From Amoebidium appalachense (Eukaryota > Protista > Ichthyosporea), in assembly GCA_963693365.1 (NCBI GenBank), contig CAVNZM010000010.1, positions 7,441,794 to 7,505,793 of the forward strand: a stretch of DNA of 64,000 bases. The letters are read 5' to 3'. Shown one piece after another: positions 45,570-64,000 of the stretch. The notes beneath the pieces were generated by a model. It was not told where the DNA came from. It made no database searches and was given only the letters and a program-made list of their open reading frames with translations. Numbering within the stretch: position 1 is the first letter of the stretch; the number at the start of each line of letters is the position of its first letter. Position numbers and translations under genes: made by a program.

Positions 45570-46700
45570 TGTGGGTAGTTATTGAAAAAACCAATAATGT
45601 CTAGGTAACATACTATGTACATATACTATGCTACAAAGGGGGTTCTATACGAGCTACAACGTTGTGTTTTTTTCGTGTGACCCTCGTACTCCAGGGGCAC
45701 ATTCACCATCCCCCCCATAAACTTTGTGGTAAAGTTCTCGTGCTAGAAGCTGTTCTGTGGGTAGTTATTGAAAAAACGAATAATGTCTAGGTAACACATG
45801 TACTTATACTATGCTACAAGGGGGGTTCTATTCGAGCTACAATGTTGTGTTTTTTTCGTGTGACCCTCGTACTCCAGGGGCACATTCACCATCCACCCCA
45901 TAAACTTTGTGGTAAATCTCTCGTGCTAGAGGCTGTTCTGGTAGTAGTTATTGAAAAACCAATAATGTCTAGGTAACATATGTACATATACTATGCTACA
46001 AGGGGGGTTCTATACGAGCTACAACGTTGTGTTTTTTTCGTGTGACCCTCGTACTCCAGGGGCACATTCACCATCCCCCCCATAAACGTTGTGGTAAAGC
46101 TCTCGTGCTAGAAGCTGTTCTGTGGGTAGTTATTGAAACAACCAATAATGTCTAGGTAACACATGTACATATGCTATGCTACAAGGGGGGTTCTATACGA
46201 GCTACAACGTTGTGTTTTTTTCGTGTGACCCTCGTACTGCAGGGGCACATTCACCATCCCCGGCATAAACGTTTTGGTAAATAAAACGCAGTAGGCCGTC
46301 GAATGTGGCGGGGCCTCCGGCAGTGTCCACGCAATAAAAAGTGTGTAAACCCCTAACACAATGTACATAATACTATGCTACACGGGGGGTTCTATTCGAG
46401 CTACAAGGTTGTGTTTTTTTCGTGTGACCCTCGTACTCCAGGGGCACATTTACCATCCCCCCCATAAACTTTGTGGTAAAATTCTCGTGCTAGAGGCTGT
46501 TCTGTGGGTAGTTATTGAAAAACCAATAATGTCTAGGTAACATATGTAGTATACTATGCTACAAGGTGGGTTCTATACGAGCTACAACGTTGTGTTTTTT
46601 TCGTGTGACCCTCGTACTCCAGGGGCACATTCACCATCCCCCCTTATAATTTGTGGTGAATTTCTCGTGGTAGAAGCTACTCTGTGGGTAGTTATTGAAA
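45570..46700 (+). repeat. Second array of the ~184-bp satellite (about 6 copies, one disrupted)
   Basis: Same unit as 24790-26700. Confidence 0.93.
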
Positions 46701-46789
46701 AAACCCGATGCTTATAAGTAACGCATGCACAAATTGTCATCATAGCATTATACTACCACAGTAGTTGGTCGACAATCGAGTGATACAGC

Positions 46790-46859
46790 ATGGTGACAGG
46801 ATACGAATTCACCGAGGACTCACTCAACGAGATGAACGAGCGTTACAGAACGTACGTGT

Positions 46860-46890
<31 letters not shown>

Positions 46891-47290
46891 AAAGCCCCCC
46901 TGTCTTCCCTCCTTCCCACTACGACCCCCCCCCCCCCCCCCCTCCCTGCACGTGTCTAGGTGTATAGATCCTACAGGTAATGATGGCAGAACTTTCGCCA
47001 TTTGGTAATGGACTCCGTGCCGCTCTAGTGCATTATATTGTAAAGTAATATCACCAACAAAAAACGCAGGTTCGGCAAAGCTGCGTACGAGTGCTTCAAG
47101 GACTCCACCAAAAACGAACTCAAAACATCGAAATTCCATGCTGGTGTGCATTATTCTGTCGACTATCGCCTCTTTGGCCCGGTGGAGTCAGCTGAGAGCT
47201 GGGAGCGTGCACACAAATACTACTGCAAGATGCCGTATCGTATGACCGACAGGAACTCTGCATTGAATATTTTGCAGTTGAGTACTAGTA
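46790..47290 (+). pseudogene. Plavaka-like transposase C-terminal remnant with a GT-AG intron (46852-47069)
   Basis: Spliced reading FTEDSLNEMNERYRT-FGKAAYECFKD…SKFHAGVHYSVDYRLFGP…ESWERAHKYYCKMPYRMT fits the K-x-H…HY…FG…E-x-x-H…K-x-PY pattern; in-frame TGA just upstream. Confidence 0.6.
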
Positions 47291-48193
47291 CTCCAAAATA
47301 TGGTGAAATCTACGATATCCGGCGAGCATGTTTGTATGTCGTAGTCCACATGTCGACGATATTATGTATCGTCTTACGACCGTTTGTACCGTACGATATA
47401 TCGTTTTACGACAGTAATATGGATGGTATTGTTACAGTCTTGGGGATGGCCCATGGATATACATAAGGCGTGTTATGGATTATGTTTGGACATCTTTATT
47501 ACACCTACTAGACATGTGAACCACCGAAAGGTGGATACTACAAGATGGATACATTTGCACGGTTAATAACGTGCAGGGGATTGATGGGGCCCCAACCAAA
47601 TTTTGCATTAGGCAGTGTCTCTGTGTGGGTGATGTAACAAAACCGGTCGGACTGTCCCGGGAAAAGTTATTGACCGTTGTACGTCCATATTATGCAAAAT
47701 GCTCTGTAATACATAGGGAAAGGGGGGGGGATTCAACGGTTAATAACGTGCAGGGGATTGTTGGGAGCACAACCAAACTTTGCATTAGGCAGTTTCTCTG
47801 TGTGGGGGGTCTAACAAAACCGGTCGGAATGGGGGGATATCACCACTTTCATTCCGCGGCCACCTGATGAGCCTCATCCGCTTTCCATGAGGCGTGCAAA
47901 AACAAATTCACATGTCAGTTGCGCCCGTTAGATAATCTCCTTGTGATCATTATGATGACCGTATGGATTTTGGTATGTGATCACTATAATGATCGTATGA
48001 GGCATAGAATGAGATCATTATGATGATCGTATGGGGGTATAACTAGCGATCCTTATGGTGGTCGTATGGGGCATATAATGAGATCATTATAATGATCGTA
48101 TGGGGGTATAATTAGCGATCCTTATGGTGGTCGTATGGGGCTTCTATGAAAAACTACTCCGGGGGTCATTCATTCCCAGGACACCCCTACCCC

Positions 48194-48248
<55 letters not shown>

Positions 48249-48349
48249 TATATATATATCATATATATATCATATATATAGTATACTGTATATATATACA
48301 TAAAACTATTGTACTTATACATTATAAAAACCCCAACTTATATATATAT

Positions 48350-49564
48350 AGGTGGTGCAAGGCAAACCTTATGATCCTTAACATAGACAAATGTGGTGTT
48401 CTTGTACCTGATATAGCTAACAATTTACACACATTTACATTATCATCTAAACCTGTACCTATAGTTCCAGAATACAAATATCTTGGTGTTCCGGTTGATT
48501 CTGTTGGTGTTATGTTTCCCCATATGGTCGAAAAGAGGGTAGAGTTGGCTCGTAAGCGGTTAGCTTTCTTCTCGGCTAATATTTTTAAAGACACACCCCT
48601 CCATCCTTCTATTAGACTTACATTTATTCGCACTTTTGTCTTCCCGGCATGTGAATATGGTTTACCCCTTCTCGCCGCTTGGATCAAGAAAGAGAGAACT
48701 AGAGCGCTTAAACCCTTGGCAAATTTCCTTGAAGCAGAAGTTGCCTCCTTTCTATCTAACAACTGTTGTAAACCTGGGCCTGTAACGCTCTCGATATATG
48801 GTCTGGTCCCAATAGCTGCTAGAGTATCCTATCTCGCGCTGAAATTCAATAAGCACATAAGCCGCTTAAAGAAGTATTTGCCCTCCCACCCTCTCTTCTC
48901 TATCCGACCTGTCCCCTCCTCACCTCTCCCCTCTTTCCTCCCCTCTCTCTCCCCTTCTCCCCTGGGCACAAATACAAATAAACCCCGCAATAGTGTGTGT
49001 GTGACTTTGGACTGCCACTTACTTATTAAACATGTACACAATCACAAGATAATCACGCAATATAACAAATGGAAAAAGATACCACACGACACTAGACCCG
49101 ATGAAAGCATACACCTTGAAAAACTAAGCCTTATGTCTCGTTTTATATATACTGACCGCCTCAACCATATTGCCAAATATGGCACTCGCAAGTGTATAAC
49201 ACCTAAATACATTTTACCTTCCTGTAGAACTGGTCTTTCTCTAGCTGATGGTATTATTGATCAATTACCACGCTTTTACTGTACACGTGCTATACAGTGG
49301 AGATCTAATAAGTATAAGGTGGCATCATTTGCATGCCCAAACAACACACACACACACCAGTTTAACCGGTCATGTATCGCCAAATGTAGTTTGATAGACC
49401 ACATAATACCGCAACACACACACGTCACATTCACAACAGACACCCAGAAAGATAGCCTACCTGTAAATTACAACATCCTTGATTTTATACTAAACACGCG
49501 TAACTACGACCTGTTTATTAGATGTATTGATTGGCTTGAGAAACACATCACTACAAAATTATAG
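48350..49564 (+). mobile_element. 5'-truncated non-LTR retrotransposon (RT C-terminal/thumb region onward)
   Basis: WCKANLMILNIDKC…EYKYLGV motif; flanked by (TA)n and a 34-bp direct repeat (48298-48331 / 49957-49990). Confidence 0.8.
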
Positions 49565-49568
49565 CGCA

Positions 49569-49637
<69 letters not shown>

Positions 49638-49669
49638 CCAGCTGATACCGAGTGTCCCGAGGGGAGCCC

Positions 49670-49706
<37 letters not shown>

Positions 49707-49900
49707 GGGGAACCCCAACTAATTGATTTCTCCTTGTAGTCTTTATGGTGTCTCGTAGAGAAAGTAAACCCTGATATATAGTCACCACCCGACATCTATG
49801 TACGTGATCATGATATACCGCTGAGGGGATATTCCGAGCAAACCCCCCCCCCCCCATACCTGAGACTGGTTCTCTTTGCCTCGAGTAAACAGCGTAAACC

Positions 49901-49934
<34 letters not shown>

Positions 49935-52338
49935 TATATGATATATATATATATACACATAAAACTATTGTACTTATACATTATAAAAACAGTATTTATT
50001 ATTGCAGAATTCGCCGTTTCTTATTAGTTTACAGACGTCGGAAACCTCATAAGATGCTTAGAATCGCCTTCACAGTATGCTTTGTTTTCGACGTCGACGA
50101 TACCCATCATGTTAGCCTACACAGTATACATACGTAGAACAGGCTTACGACGTCCATAGCACATCTATAGCATTGGAATAGGTGCTACATTTGTTTAATG
50201 GACGGTGTAAACGCATGCACAGCATGTCCATAGGATGACGTTGGCATATACACATGAGGGTCGAGAAATCAGTGGACCTCTTTATTACCCTGTAACATGC
50301 TTGTCGACGTCGACGATGGGTTTTCAGCTTTTCCATCCATTAAAATGTCGAGGGTACCAAACGCAGCCACTCAGGTATCGTAAACTACTCCGAACCCGTC
50401 GTCGACGTCGTAGAGGGGTTTCCGATGGGGGGGGGAAGATTGCTGATGCACGCCCACGCATTGAGGGTAGTGGAGGGGGAGGATAGGGTAGAGGGATTTT
50501 CTTCGTGCGGTGTGTTTATTTGGATTTTGTTCGTAGAGAGGCAGTGCATGCCATGGTATGTGTACGTTTCTGATGATCGTGTCCAGTGGGCACTTGGCTG
50601 AGCCGAGCCAATAAGCAAATCGAAGCAAAAATGCATTCCATATTTTGTCTTCCTCAGGGTAGGTATTATGAAAAAAATCGTCGTAATTACGATTAACGAG
50701 AGACCCCGATACGAATAAGGTCAAGGTACCGTCGTAACAGCTTTCGTATCAGGTGTGTAGCATTATAAACGCTTGAATATGTAATTTTCCCTATTTTTTC
50801 AATATTTCTGTTGAAGAACAGCACATTCCCCCCCAAGAACATATCTACAGCGCTTCTCATGTGCAATATCGAGCCCCGATAAGTTTTCAGGGCTTGTAAT
50901 CTTGCGATTCTCAATTTGTAAAAACGCGTATTTTGACTTTTGCGACTGGAGGGGCGTTTTAGGCGGGGAATGAATAGCCCTTCAAGAGGATCATAGTTTA
51001 GAATATAGAAAAGAGACACCTCTTTGTTTTAAACCCTGTTATAACCTCACAATACTACTGGATGGTGCCATACACCTAGGTGTTCCACTCGATCACTGCT
51101 TCAAGAGCCAGCCGGTGATGTGTCCCCTCTGCACTGCCACCCCGATTGCTAAAAGCTTTTGGTAAAAAATGAGGACGCTAATGGCCAATCATCACCGGAA
51201 TCGGTTCTTGCCGATTTTGCTCATCAAACGAGCGTTCCATTCATTGTTGGTTGTACACCGTTTATGAACATTATACCGAAATAGTGACTGCTGCACCCAT
51301 TTTTTTTGTGTTTTGCTCGGAAAATCGCATATATATTCTGTTCCGCAATTTAGTGCCCCCGACACGTACGCTTCACGTACGTGCGTCGCGGGTGCCTTTT
51401 GGGACAGTCGTTTTGGGGGTTTTTTTAATGATAAAACCATACTTTTTGATTAATTAGGTTTTTTATTCATGTATACAGCAAATTTTTCTGAGCCTTGATT
51501 TATGTTTGTGTGTTAAATATGGTTTTTTCGGGCATTGAACTACGATCCCCAGCTGGTCAAATTCCGGAATTTGGCTTGAAGGTCGTAAACCCCAAGGTCG
51601 GAGACGTCTTTGGGTAATGTCTTGAAATTACCATATGCATAATGTTCTTGCATGTTTCCGATCGATCGTTTTGTAGGTCATGGCCTTTGCGAGTGCATGC
51701 CTGTCACCTACGGAGGTGACTCGTATTTTTCCTTACACACACAGCGAACACTGGACTCTCGGGACCGTAGAGCCGCCGCGAGAGAAAGCATGCACGCGGT
51801 CGCGAGAGTGTAAGGAAAAATGGGTGTGAGGCGAACGTGAAGTTCAAAGCAGCCCAGGCACCGTCACTACGTGCCAGAGTGCATGCCACGCATAGTTCGA
51901 TTTTACGGCCTCGGAGTTCTGTCCTGAACGTAGCTTCTACGGTATGAATTTAAAGTTTGTCTTTGTGAATTTGTTTTGTTTTGTCTATTTTAATGATTTC
52001 AGCAACTTTTACCCTGCCTGTTAGACGGTAGTTTCCCTAAGAGGGCCTGCAAAGGCTCTCCGGGAACAAAACGTGATAAAATAAAATTAAAAATATCACA
52101 ACGAATGTGCCACGGCCAGTTCTTGTACTGGTATCATTGTTGTTGTTAATCGCATATAGATATTACAGGATATATATCTCATAATCTCTATGTTGACCCA
52201 TGCACGTTCATAAGAAAAATATAGTATGCATATGATACTAAAATAAATAAATCCCCCTGTATATGTATTGTCTAAATGGTGATGTACATTGTCTTTACCA
52301 TTTCTGATCATCTCAACCATGTACGTCGAGCCTTGAAT

Positions 52339-52370
<32 letters not shown>

Positions 52371-52958
52371 CCCCCTCCCCCGTCCCGTCCTCATTTTCAT
52401 CGACCTTAGCAGCTCTTTGATCAGTGGGTGCAAATGGTTGCCAGCCACATGAATGTGACATGAACCGTAACAAAATGCATACAAATATGTTTCGCCTCGG
52501 AGACCATGAGCCCCCGTTATGCATCGTCCCTCGTTATCATTTCATCGAAGCGCCGGACAACAGTCAATACAAGAACTTGAAAAGTACGATCAATTGCTGC
52601 AACCGTGTTGCCACCCATGCCGCAAGTCTGCCCACCGATTGGTTGAACCGAGGGTGCCATTACAGCCAATCAAAAGGTGCCCTTTTCATACACGATCTGT
52701 GCTGCCAGCCTGCCACCTGTCTCAACCGGTATGCATTCCGACACCAAATTAGGATCCACACACTCATTCCTGTTCCTGGATTGGTCGGCCTTAACGTGCA
52801 TCATTGAAGACATTCACACAAAGTACGTCCACTTGAGGCCCAGCTTGGGACTTGGTTTTCCGTTGCGGCAGTACTCCTTGCTGCTGAAAAACACATGCTG
52901 TGGAAAGGAAGACAGGAAGGGATAGCAGGGGAGGGAAAGGTAGGAGGTGTGTGTGTGT

Positions 52959-52994
<36 letters not shown>

Positions 52995-53137
52995 GGGGGG
53001 AGGGGGGGGGAGGGGGGAGGGGGTTGAGGGGAGGGGGGGGGGGGGGTATGGGGTTGGAGGGGGGCGGGGGCGGGAAGTAGTGTACATGTGTTAAGCGATA
53101 TGAAAGTTAGGTGGGAGTGGGGGTGATGGTGATGGCG

Positions 53138-53168
<31 letters not shown>

Positions 53169-53173
53169 GGGGC

Positions 53174-53219
<46 letters not shown>

Positions 53220-54258
53220 GGGGGGGGAGGGGGGGGGGATAGGGGACGGGAGGGGATGAGTGTGTATATGGGGAGGTACGGAAGGAAGTTAGGTGAATGG
53301 GTGGTAGTAGGAAGGCGGGTACAGGGGATAGGATTAAGGGAATGGACAACTGTCAGTACTTGAGGAAATCCCATTCGTCTTTGTATGCTTGAACTGTTAC
53401 GATATATTTAGGGTGGATACTTCAGGGATAGTGTCACGGGTATGCATGTGTACGGTGTTCATCTTACTGCCGGACATAACATTTTTTTACTGCCGAACAT
53501 AAATTTGTGTCTTGCATCAGTATATATAATCATCTTGGAGGGAAGAATAACATACTACGGGGTGGATATCTTCACACGCACACACACACCGCATCACCAC
53601 CATGTCATCCCTACCCATAGTCACCCACACACATCCCCCCCCCTCCCCCCCCCCCCCTTCCCCCCCCTCCCCCTCCCCCTCCCTCCCCCCCCTTCCCTCC
53701 CCCCCTTCTCCCACGTACCATCACTACGAACTCCACCCACCCCTACAACGAGACCTTTTGTAACCCCTCCCCCATCCCCGTCTTCCCCCTCTCCTACCGC
53801 CACTCACATCCACAACCGCACCTATCAACTACCCCCCCCCCCTCCCCCCCCTCCCCCCTCTCTCTCTCCCCCCCCCCCCCCCCCGACGCTCCTATTACTC
53901 CACGCACATCCACACCATTTACCCTCGCCCCCCTCCCCCCCCCCCCCCCGCCCCCCCTCACCCCCCCTTTCTCCCTCCCTCCCCCCCCCCCCCCCCCTCA
54001 AAAAATACGCCAGCCCACTCCCCCCCCACCCCCCCTCCCCCACCCCCGCGAAGAAAAACGAACCGCGCACGAACACTTGCATATACACAAACGTACACAT
54101 TGTCAATTTCGTCATGGCACACACGCACACAAACACACACACACACACACGCACAAGCACACACACAGATACAGACACCGACACACACACACACACACAA
54201 ACACAAACACACACACACACACATGCACACACGCGCGCGCGCACACACGCGCGCGCAC

Positions 54259-54349
<91 letters not shown>

Positions 54350-54518
54350 ACACTGTGACACGTGCGCGCGTGCCCTCCCCTCCCCCCCCCCCCCCCCCCC
54401 CCCCCCAACCCCCCAACCCTCAAACCCCAACCCTTTCTCCCCCAACTCCACACAAACACATCTCGCAGTTCCTTTTATCCATTCCAAATGATTCCATATA
54501 CACACAAAAAACACTTAC

Positions 54519-60936
<6,418 letters not shown>

Positions 60937-61739
60937 TTTTTATCATAACCTCCAGAGGGGCACAACCTAAAAGTTTCGGTCTCGTATGGAGTGAGCTATC
61001 GGAGAGAGCTCTGGAAGGACGTCGACGTGCTTTCAAACAACAAGCTTTTGCATGGCTCTCGTATCAGAACATTGTGCCACTTAGCAACACGTTCAAGCTC
61101 TTGTGCCAGTGTAAGTAATGGACGTGAAGAAGCTTATTAGACCCGCAAACTCCTTGAAAACGAAGTGCTGGTACTTCTTGTTTCGGTGCAGCTAAAATCA
61201 TCGGTGTACGTACTCCTTTCCGTGAGACGAAGTGTTATAATAAGCCCTGCAGTTCCAGATCTGAACAAGTTTAAAGAGCCCACGGTCTCGTAAAAAATTG
61301 AATTACTATGTTTTTTTCAGCAATTTACTACGTTTGGTGCAGTGTTAGCAGGTGTTCTGGGTTTGATGTTTCCTTTGTGTGTTTGTGTGTGGCTGCCTGC
61401 TGGTAGCAGGCTCGCGGAGGCTGACGACGGCAGCTAGAAAGCGCGTAGTTACCATATTAGTAGCACCATCCCCTGATTCCATTAGATTACAGATTTGAAG
61501 GAATTTATTCCACCAATCATTTTGCTTATGCCACCTGGTATGATCAGGGGAGATCAGAATCCGCGAATGGTATGGGGGGGGGTTCGCCAAGGATATGTCG
61601 ACGTCGCCCGTGGCTTGCGGACGCGTGTATTTTTCTCAGGGCCTGTTACACTGTGGTCTGTGATGCTGTGTGTTAGGAGAATTTACCAAACGAGTTAAGC
61701 TTTATTTATTTCCTTTCATTTTTTGTTCCCAAACTGAAT

Positions 61740-63490
<1,751 letters not shown>

Positions 63491-63692
63491 TTGTTTTTTT
63501 TGGGGGGGGGGTGAGGGGGGGTGAAGAGACACGTGTACATCGTGTAAGTGCATATGCTTTATAGGAAGAAGGGAGAGGGGTGAGAGGGAGGGAAATCAGT
63601 GAGAATCCGGATGCGGGAAAGGGCAAAGGGGAGACCATGCTTTGATTTGTATGCATGACTACACAGGCTACTGCACCGATTGACATTGTGTT

Positions 63693-63855
63693 TGCTGTGT
63701 GGGAGGGAGAGAGGGAGGGGGAAGGTGGAGAGAAGGGAAGGTCGGACTCTGCTGTGTGGGAGGGAGAGAGGGAGGGGGAAGGTGGAGAGAAGGGAAGGTC
63801 GAACTCTGCTGTGTGGGAGGGAGAGAGGGAGGGGGAAGGTGGAGAGAAGGGAAGA
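63693..63855 (+). repeat. 57-bp purine-rich tandem repeat, about 3 copies
   Basis: TGCTGTGTGGGAGGGAGAGAGGGAGGGGGAAGGTGGAGAGAAGGGAAG recurs at ~63693, 63750 and 63807. Confidence 0.85.
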
Positions 63856-63912
63856 GGAGTGGACGGGAGGATAGGGTGTATATATGTGCGTATACAGTAG
63901 GAATGGAGGGAA

Positions 63913-63946
<34 letters not shown>

Positions 63947-64000
63947 GGGGGGATGAGGGGGGTGGATGCACTTGCATGCGAGGAGGCAATGAGGAGGGCA

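Noticed and set aside
50371-51440. Short minus-strand ORFs (50371..50724, 50693..51019, 51192..51440)
   Set aside because: No recognisable motifs or reliable splice structure; cannot support a gene call.

Overview
Eukaryotic, microsatellite-rich genomic DNA dominated by a complete endogenous Polinton/Adintovirus-like dsDNA virus at 587-40169. The element has ~230-bp terminal inverted repeats and a 5-bp CCTCT target-site duplication, and an empty copy of the target site is present at 44203. It is ~30.5 kb once a nested 9-kb transposon is removed. It encodes a protein-primed PolB (with vOTU-like and Vsr-like domains), an rve integrase, an A32-like packaging ATPase, a double-jelly-roll major capsid protein and a penton. 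It also carries unusual cargo: a giant-virus-type late transcription factor VLTF3, both an N6-adenine and a C5-cytosine DNA methyltransferase, a 7-TM membrane protein, and two paralogous fibre-like genes. No adenain-type protease was recognised. Several core genes carry indels or tandem duplications. Two related ~9-kb TIR elements with probable 2-bp TSDs (21251-30321 inside the virus; 41129-50448 outside) share a ~184-bp satellite and a LINE fragment, and the second holds a Plavaka-like transposase remnant. The right end contains an intron-rich host GT31 galactosyltransferase gene on the minus strand. All family calls are from motif recognition by eye; no database search was run.
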